A DNA stretch of 64,000 bases, taken from assembly GCA_964579335.1 (NCBI GenBank), contig CAZOFS010000001.1, forward strand, positions 11,196 through 75,195, read 5' to 3'. The position numbers were made by a program, and so were the translations under genes. The notes beneath the pieces were generated by a model. The model was not told where the DNA came from. It ran no database searches and saw only the letters and a list, made by a program, of their open reading frames with translations. Of the stretch, positions 8,945-17,429 are shown in pieces; position 1 is the stretch's first letter; the number at the start of each line of letters is the position of its first letter. Origin of the DNA: an uncultured Bdellovibrionales bacterium (GTDB lineage Bacteria; Patescibacteriota; Minisyncoccia; Moranbacterales; UBA1568).

Positions 8945-9709
8945 CTAGCGATGAATTTCGAGGACATACCGGCCGGGTCCACGGAAGAGGATCTGAGGGG
9001 TTGGATTCTGGAATGCCTGCAGACAGTCAAAGGTCATTTCCCAGTAGAGATGATGGGGATTTTGACCTTCCTCAGCGATGAGGTCCCCCAGGGTGATCCA
9101 GCGGGCACCCTCGGTTGACTTCAGGTATCCACCTTGACCAAGCTCACACTGGTCCGAGACAATGGCCACAAAGAGTGTTGCCTGGAAAGGGGTTTGCTCG
9201 GCCTGAATCTCGGAGACGTTGAGTATCAATTCGGAGTCGGTCATCTCCACAGTGCTTTGGTAGAGCCAAGGACCGATAATACCTGCAAACTGCAGGTCGA
9301 TTTCCAAGGCACTCCAGCCTAACGTTTCCTGAAGCGTCCGCTGCATGGCATGAATCGGACTCGGGTCGGAGGGCTTGGTATAACCACCCCACTTTGACTG
9401 GAGCTTGCCAAGGCAGTCAGGTGCGCCAGAAATGCGTTTGGCAACGAGGACTTCTGTCGATAGAAGATCGCAAGGGTCCATTGAACGCTGGCGCATCACC
9501 ACGGCCTCGGCTGTGCAGTAGGTGAGGGCGGAATAGCCTGGTTTCCAGCCACGCGCCGCCTCGATCTCTCGTTGGGCTTCCAAGGTGAAACCTTCGAACA
9601 TGATGAGGCTCACTTTCTCTAGGGAGTTGAACAAAAAGAACGCGACTACAGTATGAATAAAAATGTAATAAATGTCAAGGGTATTCATCTGAAAATTTAG
9701 AGGTGACAA
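8945..9709 (-). CDS. NUDIX-like hydrolase with a degenerate Nudix box (start uncertain; alternative start at 9601)
   Basis: WGGYTKPSDPSPIHAMQRTLQETLGW fits the G-x5-E-x7-REUxEExGU spacing but carries D, QR and QE substitutions. Local GC is higher than the flanks. Confidence 0.4.
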   Translation of the reverse strand: MSPLNFQMNTLDIYYIFIHTVVAFFLFNSLEKVSLIMFEGFTLEAQREIEAARGWKPGYSALTYCTAEAVVMRQRSMDPCDLLSTEVLVAKRISGAPDCLGKLQSKWGGYTKPSDPSPIHAMQRTLQETLGWSALEIDLQFAGIIGPWLYQSTVEMTDSELILNVSEIQAEQTPFQATLFVAIVSDQCELGQGGYLKSTEGARWITLGDLIAEEGQNPHHLYWEMTFDCLQAFQNPTPQILFRGPGRYVLEIHR

Positions 9710-9777
9710 AGGGTGAGGGGTGTGATAAATTGGAGGAGCTTATAGGGGGAACATAACTGGAGGATTGAAAAGAAATT

Positions 9778-10596
9778 ATGATTGATAAGGAAACAATTGT
9801 CTGTATTTCACTCGCGGAAAAACCAGGCAACTTGGGAGCGACCATCTTTAATACGGCATTCCAAGAACTGGGCATGAATTATATTTACAAGCCGTTTTTG
9901 GTGCGGAGTGAAGATTTGCAAAATGCCATTTTGGGAGTTCGGGCACTTGGTATTCGTGGCTGTGGCGTCTCGATGCCGCACAAAGTAGTTGTGATGCAGT
10001 ACCTTGATGAGGTTGATTCAGTGGCCAAAGAAATTGGTGCCGTAAATACCATTGTGAATCGCGGCGGAAAATTGACTGGATACAATACGGACTTTGAAGG
10101 TGTGCGAGTCATTACTCGAGATGATTATCGAGTTAAAGGAAAGAAAGTGCTTTTGGTGGGGGCAGGGGGTGCAGCCCGAGCTATTATTTGCGCTCTCAAA
10201 GAAAACCAAGTGGGTGAAATTGCTATTACTAATCGAAATGATGAACGAGCTCGGCAATTGGCAGAACAGTTTCATCTACGCTTTGTCCCTTGGAATGAAT
10301 GTGCTCGAGAAGAGGCCGAGTTCCTTATTAATGCCACTCCGGTCGGTATGAATCAGGAGCAGGCTTGTGTTTTCTCGGACGCAATGATCCAAAAGGCCGA
10401 GGCGGTTCTTGATGTAGTAGTGAGTTCTACGGATACGCTTCTTATCTCAAAGGCCAAACAGTATGGCAAAGTAGCGCTTCCCGGTATCCGCATGTCAGTC
10501 ATTCAGGGCATGGCTCAATTCAAGCTCTATACTACACCGGACGTGTCGGAGAAGATCATAAAGAAGGGGATAGCTACTTTCTTTGAAAATAATTAA
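9778..10596 (+). CDS. aroE: Shikimate/quinate 5-dehydrogenase family protein (AroE-like)
   Basis: Family motifs GVSMPHK and NTDFEGV, plus the NAD(P) site LLVGAGGAARAI. Only 14 nt upstream of the next gene. Confidence 0.75.
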   Translation: MIDKETIVCISLAEKPGNLGATIFNTAFQELGMNYIYKPFLVRSEDLQNAILGVRALGIRGCGVSMPHKVVVMQYLDEVDSVAKEIGAVNTIVNRGGKLTGYNTDFEGVRVITRDDYRVKGKKVLLVGAGGAARAIICALKENQVGEIAITNRNDERARQLAEQFHLRFVPWNECAREEAEFLINATPVGMNQEQACVFSDAMIQKAEAVLDVVVSSTDTLLISKAKQYGKVALPGIRMSVIQGMAQFKLYTTPDVSEKIIKKGIATFFENN

Positions 10597-10610
10597 TTCT
10601 GGATGGTCGT

Positions 10611-12197
10611 ATGAAATACAAGGTCTGTATCTTGGCAGCTGGAGCGGGGACACGTATGGGGGAATCGTCCAATCATATCAATAAGGCGGTCTTGCCGGTT
10701 AATATGAAGGCTGTTATCTCACATATTGTCGAGAAATTTCCCACAGATGTGGAAATAGTGGTAGCGGTCGGGCATAAAAAAGAAACCGTTATTGATTACT
10801 TGACGCTGGCTTATCCCGAGCGCCGTTTTACCTTCGTCGAGGTAGACCAGATCGTTGGGCCCGGGACAGGTCCTGGCTACTCGCTCCTCCAGTGTAAGTC
10901 GCATCTCCAGTGTCCATTTGTTTTTTCGGCAGCTGATACGATCGTGCTTGAGCAGGTTCCAGTGCCTGACCATAACTGGTTCGGTATTTCACCAGTGAAG
11001 GAAACAGAGCGTTACTGTACAGTCAAAATCAAGAACAATCTCATCTATCAGTTGGATGACAAGACCAAGAATGACAACAAATTTGCCTTTATCGGTCTGG
11101 CGGGCGTGAAGCATTACGAAGCCTTTTTTGATTCATTGGAGAAGAACAAGGTAGTAGCCAATGGTGAGATCCAGGTATCCAATGGCTTCAAAGCTTTGAT
11201 TGAGCAGAAATTAGTACCGATTGGTTTTACCTGGTTTGATACCGGATCTGAATTGAGTTATGCCGAAACGAATAAGAATCTCAGCGGCGCCAAAACCAAA
11301 TTTGACTTTAGCAAGGGGGACGAATATTTCTATTTCGTCAATGACCGGGTGATCAAGTTTTTTTCTGATGTTACTATCGCCAAAAACCGTTATGAACGGG
11401 CAGTGAATAGCCTCGCTGGCCTCTGTCCCAAGATTGAAGGTTATCGTGGTAATTTTTACTCCTACAAGAAAGTCCCAGGCCAGACACTCTACACTGTCCT
11501 CAATGCCAAGACGGTAAAGGATTTTCTTGGCTGGACCAAGATGAATTTGTGGAAAAAGATGGAGATTACGCCGGAGGAGGAAAGCCAGTTCAAGCAGGCT
11601 TGCCGTGATTTCTACCATGCCAAAACTATGAAACGGTTGGACATGTTCTTCAAGAAGTCCGAAATCGAAGACGGAGAGAATATTATTAATGGGGTGACAG
11701 TGTCTCCTTTGAATGATCTTTTGGCTAAGATTGACTGGGATTATCTTATCAATGGTACGCCATCAAACTTCCATGGTGACCTCCAATTTGATAATATTAT
11801 TGTAACCCGCGATCCGGTGAGTAATCTGGAAAAGTTTGTCTTAATTGACTGGCGGCAGGATTTTGGTGGATCAACCAAAATCGGAGATTTGTATTACGAC
11901 CTTGCCAAACTTTACGGTGGGACAACTCTTTCGTATCAGCTCATCAAAGAGGGAATGTTTACCTTTGATATGAGTGGTTCGAGCGTTTACTACAATTTCT
12001 ACCTGACCAATGAACTTGTGGAGGCCAAGAACGAATATGAGACGTTTATCCTGAAAAATGGTTATGACCTTAAGAAGGTAAAGCTTCTCACAGCGCTTAT
12101 TTTCCTGAATATGTCGCCCATGCATAATCATCCTTTTGATCTCATGTTGTATTACCTTGGTAAGAGTACGCTCAACAGGCTATTGAATAACGCATAA
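10611..12197 (+). CDS. Bifunctional protein: N-terminal sugar-phosphate nucleotidyltransferase (LicC/GlmU-N-like) fused to a C-terminal APH/choline-kinase-family kinase
   Basis: N-terminus ILAAGAGTRMG (G-x-G-T-R nucleotidyltransferase signature). The C-terminus has the Brenner motif HGDLQFDNIIV and the IDWRQDFGG...GDLYYDLAKL motif of APH/ChoK/anomeric sugar kinases. Confidence 0.7.
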   Translation: MKYKVCILAAGAGTRMGESSNHINKAVLPVNMKAVISHIVEKFPTDVEIVVAVGHKKETVIDYLTLAYPERRFTFVEVDQIVGPGTGPGYSLLQCKSHLQCPFVFSAADTIVLEQVPVPDHNWFGISPVKETERYCTVKIKNNLIYQLDDKTKNDNKFAFIGLAGVKHYEAFFDSLEKNKVVANGEIQVSNGFKALIEQKLVPIGFTWFDTGSELSYAETNKNLSGAKTKFDFSKGDEYFYFVNDRVIKFFSDVTIAKNRYERAVNSLAGLCPKIEGYRGNFYSYKKVPGQTLYTVLNAKTVKDFLGWTKMNLWKKMEITPEEESQFKQACRDFYHAKTMKRLDMFFKKSEIEDGENIINGVTVSPLNDLLAKIDWDYLINGTPSNFHGDLQFDNIIVTRDPVSNLEKFVLIDWRQDFGGSTKIGDLYYDLAKLYGGTTLSYQLIKEGMFTFDMSGSSVYYNFYLTNELVEAKNEYETFILKNGYDLKKVKLLTALIFLNMSPMHNHPFDLMLYYLGKSTLNRLLNNA

Positions 12198-12204
12198 AAG
12201 AAGT

Positions 12205-13224
12205 ATGGAAGAAACACTCGTTCATGGGAAAATTCGCGCTGACCTCGGGATTGGCCCCATGAGTACGGAGGCGATCGAAGCGACGTTTCGTTACTCACAC
12301 TATCACCGGAAACAGCTCATGCTGATTCCATCGAAGAACCAAATTGATGCCAAGGGTGGTTATGTGAATGGCTGGACCACAAAACAGTTTATGGAACATG
12401 TCCGAGAGCTGCGGAATACCTATGAGCATAGTGATGTCCTTATTTGTCGGGACCATTGTGGACCTGGTTTCAATGGTAATCATGACCTCGCCGATACCCA
12501 CAATACGATTCGAGACGATATAGAGAATGGATTTGACCTAATCCATATAGACTTTTGCCATTTTAAGGGAACCAAGGATGAGGCGCTGGAGGAATCCAAA
12601 AAAGCAGTAGAGCTTGCACTTGGTCTGAATCCCAATATCATGCTCGAGATTGGCACGGACGAAAATATGGGTTCCAATTATAACTTGCCTAACTTAGGAG
12701 AAATTGAACGAGAAATTGATTATTTCAAAGCAATCTGCAATCCCGAGTTTTACGTGGTTCAGACCGGAAGTTTGGTCAAGGAAATTAATCAAGTTGGGAA
12801 CTTTAATAAGGAATTTACCGAACAAATTGCTGAAGTTTTGCACCGAAAAGGGATCAAGCTCAAGGAGCACAATGACGACTATCTCAATAAGAGTGAAATT
12901 GAAATGAGAAAGGGGATTATTGATGCGAGAAATATTGCTCCGCAGTTGGGTGTGGTCCAAACGCAGCTTGTTCTGACGAAATGTCTTACTTATGGAGTAG
13001 ATTTCCAGGATTTTATCAATGATGTCTACCAGAGCGAGAAGTGGAAGAAATGGATGCATACCAATACCCCAGAGAACAAACTTCTTTGTGCCGTCATCGC
13101 TGGTCACTACTGTTTCAATTCAGACAGCTACAAGAAAATTATTGACCAGCTTTCACAATGCGAAGATATTCATGAGTCCATCACTAATTCATTAATGGAA
13201 ATTATAGAACATTATGAACAATGA
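12205..13224 (+). CDS. GatZ/KbaZ-family TIM-barrel protein (tagatose-bisphosphate aldolase subunit / tagatose-6-phosphate 4-epimerase family)
   Basis: Blockwise similarity to GatZ: [12 protein letters not shown] vs [38 protein letters not shown] vs [30 protein letters not shown] vs [18 protein letters not shown] vs KIHLDASM. Confidence 0.6.
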   Translation: [339 protein letters not shown]

Positions 13225-13597
13225 GTACCCAAAAACAGTGACTAAACCATGGGGACGAGAGATTTGGCTGGAGCTCAATGACCGCTATTGCTACAAGCGC
13301 TTGTACATTAACGCTGGCCATCGAACGAGTTTCCAGTACCACGAAAAGAAGCGCGAAACTAATTACATCATTGCTGGCGAAGCAGAGATATGGCTTGAGA
13401 ATGAACAAGGGGTCGTGGAAAAGAAACGTATGAAAGCTGATGATTTCTTTAATGTCATTCCGCCACGGAAGCATCGAGTAATTGCGATTACGGACCTTGT
13501 TTTGCAAGAGGTTTCTACTCCAGAGGTAGATGATGTGGTTCGTCTTGAAGATGATGCCCATCGCGGCGATGGTCGGATTGAATCAGAGCATCAGTAG
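13214..13597 (+). CDS. Cupin-domain protein (phosphomannose-isomerase type II-like cupin)
   Basis: 127 aa with KPWGREIWLE and HRTSFQYHEKKRETNYIIAGEAEIWLE (two-His cupin motifs). Overlaps the upstream gene by 11 nt. Confidence 0.6.
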   Translation: MNNEYPKTVTKPWGREIWLELNDRYCYKRLYINAGHRTSFQYHEKKRETNYIIAGEAEIWLENEQGVVEKKRMKADDFFNVIPPRKHRVIAITDLVLQEVSTPEVDDVVRLEDDAHRGDGRIESEHQ

Positions 13598-13606
13598 TAA
13601 TAAGGT

Positions 13607-14137
13607 ATGGCTAAGTCGGTGATCAAAAACCTCATCTTGGATGTGGACGGCGTTTTTACCGACGGCAAGTATTACTATACAACCGAAGGAAAAGTAATGA
13701 AGAAATTTGGTCCAGAGGATAATGATGCATTAGATCTCCTGAAGGGGAGGCTTTATATCCATGCGGTTTCGGGTGATAAACGCGGTTTTGCCATTACCAA
13801 GAAACGAATAGTGGAGGATATGGGTTTGCCGCTTGATTTAGTGAGTACTTTTGACCGGGCAGCATGGATCAAGGAGCGGTTTAATCCTCAAGAGACTATC
13901 TACATGGGCGATGGGATATTTGATCCGTTGGTATTCCGGGAGGTGTCGTACGGTATTGCTCCGGCCAATGCTTTTTACAAGACTAAGGAAGCAGCTAACT
14001 TTGTGACAAATGCCCGTGGCAGTGAAGGAGCGGTAGCCGAAGCATGCCTCCACATCTTAGAGAAGTTTTTTGAGCCCTTTGACCTTTTTACTCATGATTT
14101 CAGCAAGGGAGTAGGTGTATGGAATAAAAAGAAATAA
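13607..14137 (+). CDS. HAD-IIIA phosphatase of the KdsC family (3-deoxy-sugar-acid phosphate phosphatase-like)
   Basis: LILDVDGVFTDGKYYYTTEGKVMKKFGPEDNDALDLL matches the KdsC signature LILDVDGVLTDGKLYY...G...K.F...DG. Confidence 0.7.
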   Translation: MAKSVIKNLILDVDGVFTDGKYYYTTEGKVMKKFGPEDNDALDLLKGRLYIHAVSGDKRGFAITKKRIVEDMGLPLDLVSTFDRAAWIKERFNPQETIYMGDGIFDPLVFREVSYGIAPANAFYKTKEAANFVTNARGSEGAVAEACLHILEKFFEPFDLFTHDFSKGVGVWNKKK

Positions 14138-15268
14138 ATGGAATACATTATCCGAGATAAAAGTTTATTGACGGGAAAAAAGAACCTTGAAACGTTGCAT
14201 GTTTTCAAGGATTTTCCCGTCTTCATGGGCTGTACTGATCAAGCGGAGAGTAAAGACCTAAAAGCAGATATGAGCTTTGCTATCTGTCCTGAAACGGGGA
14301 TGATCCAGCTCGATAAGTTGCTTCCTTTAGAGCTGGTTTATCTAGCTCAGCATAATGATGGAGTGGGAAAAATATGGCAGGAACATTACCAGGCCTTTGC
14401 ATCATTTCTTAATCGTTTTTTCCCTAAGAAGGTTCTTGAAATCGGTGGTTCACATGATGAGATATTTAAATCGGCTTTTAAAACAAATAAGAGTCTTGAT
14501 TGGACAGTGGTTGAACCGCACCCTCTTTTTGAGGGATACGGCAATATCAGGGTCATTCCTCAGTGGTTTGATGAAAATTTTACTTCTGAAGAAGTATATG
14601 ACACAGTAGTTCATTCCCATGTACTAGAACATACGTATGATCCTCCTACTTTCCTATCTCATATTGGAAAATATTTAGAACCGGGGAAAAAACATATCTT
14701 TACTTTTCCAAATCTCATCGAGTTTCTGAAAAAAAAATATACTAATGGCTTAAATTTTGAGCACACTTGCCTCTTAGCCGAACCATTTGTAGATTACCTA
14801 CTAGCAAAAAATGGTTTTCGTGTTCTAGAAAAGGAATATTTTCATGATCATAGCATTTTTTATGCTACTGAAAGAGTAACACAACCTACCGCAGAGAATA
14901 CGCCTCCTTATTGTTATACGGAGTATAGATCTCTTTTCATGGATTTTATTAATTACCATGAAACACTTGTACAATCTCTTAATGAAAAGATTAAGAGTCA
15001 TTCTGGTGAGATATATTTATTTGGGGCACATATTTTTTCCCAATACTTGATTGCTTTTGGGCTAGATATAAGTCGTATTCGTATCGTACTTGATAATTCT
15101 GACCTTAAAAATAAGCAAAGACTCTACGGAACTCATCTATTAGTAGAAAAGCCGGAGCAAATTCGTAATGAAATAAATCCTGCTGTGATTGTTAAGATTG
15201 CTAATTATCGTGATGAAGTAGTGGAGCAACTGATGAAGATTAATCCTCGGGTTACCATTTTCGAATAA
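14138..15268 (+). CDS. Class I SAM-dependent methyltransferase of the NDP-sugar C-methyltransferase family (TylCIII-like; Zn-finger, MT and C-terminal domains)
   Basis: N-terminal putative Zn-binding domain FPVFMGC...FAICPETGMIQL (the C..CGLVQL signature), a central SAM fold (VLEIGGSHDE), and a C-terminal domain of about 120 aa typical of PF08484. Confidence 0.6.
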   Translation: MEYIIRDKSLLTGKKNLETLHVFKDFPVFMGCTDQAESKDLKADMSFAICPETGMIQLDKLLPLELVYLAQHNDGVGKIWQEHYQAFASFLNRFFPKKVLEIGGSHDEIFKSAFKTNKSLDWTVVEPHPLFEGYGNIRVIPQWFDENFTSEEVYDTVVHSHVLEHTYDPPTFLSHIGKYLEPGKKHIFTFPNLIEFLKKKYTNGLNFEHTCLLAEPFVDYLLAKNGFRVLEKEYFHDHSIFYATERVTQPTAENTPPYCYTEYRSLFMDFINYHETLVQSLNEKIKSHSGEIYLFGAHIFSQYLIAFGLDISRIRIVLDNSDLKNKQRLYGTHLLVEKPEQIRNEINPAVIVKIANYRDEVVEQLMKINPRVTIFE

Positions 15269-15270
15269 CT

Positions 15271-16545
15271 ATGAGACTTGTCTTAGTAAATCCTCATTAC
15301 TATATTTACGGAAAAACGGTAATAAATATTTTATTACGTCGGAAACACTTCATGAAATATGATTATTTCATTGATTATTATTTAAAAGATAAAAGTAAAC
15401 AAACAGCAATCTATATTGATGGGACTAAGACTTCCTTGGCAGCTATAAAAGTTCGATTTCTATTTTTTCCAAAGTTTTTTTCTTATTTAGAGCTTTTAGT
15501 ATGGATGATTAGTAATGGCCTTAATCCTTTTAAAGTAAAAGTTTATTTTGAGATCGGACAGCTAGATCCACAAAAAGATGTAATGATTGATTTTGTTCGT
15601 TCTCTGAAACTGTCGGAACTTAAGTATACTGGCTATACAAAATTTTCAGGACTAGTTTTATTTTTTTGCACCCATTACTTTCTTCGTATTAGGGAAGTAG
15701 TTGAGTATCTGAAGCAGGTTCCTCATTACCTTCTTATAGCAGAGCATAATCTTGCCCAAGAGGCTTTCTTTCATAATTTTTTCCCCAATGTAGCAGAAGT
15801 GTATCAGCTACCTTATGCCTTTGGTGAGCGTTTCAACCAAAAAAAGAATTTTGAAGAGCGCACAAATAAATGCTTAGCCCTTGGGTCTGTTGCACCTATT
15901 GAAAGGAATAATAAAGAGTTCTTTGATTTTTTCCATATCGAGGTTCTTCAGCCAATGCGTCAGTTGCTTCTCGACAAAGCGTCACAATATACACCGGAAA
16001 TTGATACGGTAATAAGACGTTTTGAAAATTCTTCTTTTCTCCAGACTGGTGTGCCTGATGAGAATTGGGTAAATCGTATGATACGACGTTGGGCACCTCC
16101 TTTTATTATGAAGATAGTTTTTTCTTATCCTCATAATAAATATTATCAATTTGACATAGTGCAAAAATATAATCAGTATCGAATGTTTATTTCTGGAGAG
16201 GAAATTGTTGGGTTACCCCCAATTAATGCTTTTGAAGGTATGGCTTGTGGGGCAGCGTATATTGGTATAGATCATCCGATGTATACTCGAATTGGTCTTA
16301 TCCCGGGGGTTAATTATGTTGGATACAAAGAAGGAGATTTAGATGATCTTATCAGTAAGGTACGTTATTACCAGACTCATCCAGTGGAGTTAAAAAAGAT
16401 CGCTGAGGCAGGAAAAGTATTCGTGAGAGATCATTTTAATAGAAAGAAGATTGCAGAGACCTTTTGGAAAGATATAGAAACAATCTCAAAAGAGTTCTCT
16501 GAATCACAATCTTTGAACATAGTTTGCTCTTTTCGCAAGCCTTAA
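15271..16545 (+). CDS. Glycosyltransferase-like protein with a C-terminal GT-B (GT1/GT4) domain
   Basis: C-terminal EGMACGAAYIGIDHPMYTRIG...VGY resembles the E-x7-E/EAMA-G-PVI donor-binding region of GT4 enzymes. The N-terminal half is unrecognised. Confidence 0.45.
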   Translation: MRLVLVNPHYYIYGKTVINILLRRKHFMKYDYFIDYYLKDKSKQTAIYIDGTKTSLAAIKVRFLFFPKFFSYLELLVWMISNGLNPFKVKVYFEIGQLDPQKDVMIDFVRSLKLSELKYTGYTKFSGLVLFFCTHYFLRIREVVEYLKQVPHYLLIAEHNLAQEAFFHNFFPNVAEVYQLPYAFGERFNQKKNFEERTNKCLALGSVAPIERNNKEFFDFFHIEVLQPMRQLLLDKASQYTPEIDTVIRRFENSSFLQTGVPDENWVNRMIRRWAPPFIMKIVFSYPHNKYYQFDIVQKYNQYRMFISGEEIVGLPPINAFEGMACGAAYIGIDHPMYTRIGLIPGVNYVGYKEGDLDDLISKVRYYQTHPVELKKIAEAGKVFVRDHFNRKKIAETFWKDIETISKEFSESQSLNIVCSFRKP

Positions 16546-17216
16546 TATTTTGCTGCAACGAGTATGATCTCATTGTAGAGTGCCGGGGGTAGAAATTTAA
16601 CAATGAAGCTAGTCTGTGGTAAGACGAGAATCTTTTTAGTTTCTTGTCGTTTAAGAGTTGCTTGCTCGAGCATAAAATCCATTAAGTGAAGTGTAAAAAA
16701 GGTATGATGTTTATAGTATCCAGATCGACGATACATATGTTCTTGATAGGAAATACCAAATATCATGCGGATTATATTATTTAATCCTACATCGCTAGGA
16801 ATACTTACTATAAGAACACCTCCCTTTTTTAGAACACGGTTAATTTCTTTAAGTAAACCTATGGGGTCAAAAACATGCTCTATTATATCTCCGGCCCATA
16901 CAACATCGAATCGCTCGTTATCTTCAGGAATACCCTCATCAAGATTGCATTGTTTTGCTTCAATGCCATTTTTGAGAGCTTTACTTACTGCCTCACAAGA
17001 AAAGTCCAAACCTTTTACAATGTACCCAAGCTCTTGAATTTTCTTTGTAACTAGTCCGCTCCCGCATCCAATATCGAGTATATGCACTTCTTGGGGCGGT
17101 TTGTTTAATGTCTGAGTGTATTTACTCAGCATTTCAAACATTGTTTTTTCTTCAAGTTCGATCCGGCAATGGTCGGAAATTTGGTAGCGTTTATCTTCTG
17201 CTTGATCTGGTCGCAT
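16542..17216 (-). CDS. Class I SAM-dependent methyltransferase (paralog of 19985-20659)
   Basis: Motif I ILDIGCGSGLVTKKI, motif post-I LDFS, and DVVWAGDIIEHV. About 60% aa identity to the 19985-20659 product. Confidence 0.75.
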   Translation of the reverse strand: MRPDQAEDKRYQISDHCRIELEEKTMFEMLSKYTQTLNKPPQEVHILDIGCGSGLVTKKIQELGYIVKGLDFSCEAVSKALKNGIEAKQCNLDEGIPEDNERFDVVWAGDIIEHVFDPIGLLKEINRVLKKGGVLIVSIPSDVGLNNIIRMIFGISYQEHMYRRSGYYKHHTFFTLHLMDFMLEQATLKRQETKKILVLPQTSFIVKFLPPALYNEIILVAAKY

Positions 17217-17349
17217 AGCATTTTTCTCTCTGGAAAGAGTTCAATATATGTGTAAATTACCTATATTATAGCAAAAAATACTCAAAATATCAGCTTTAAA
17301 AAAGATGAATTTGGCTGTATGTGCTTGTCAGAAAGGGACAAATATAAGC

Positions 17350-17358
17350 TGTTATAAT
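17350..17358 (+). promoter_or_regulatory. Extended -10 promoter element TGtTATAAT for the flippase gene
   Basis: Perfect TATAAT at 17353-17358 preceded by TG at 17350-17351, about 70 nt upstream of the ATG at 17430, in a 213-bp AT-rich divergent intergenic region. Confidence 0.4.
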
Positions 17359-17429
17359 AGATTAATAGATGTCCATAAAAACGCTTGCCCCCATCTCTCT
17401 AAGAAAGTGCACCAGGATAAGATCTGTTT

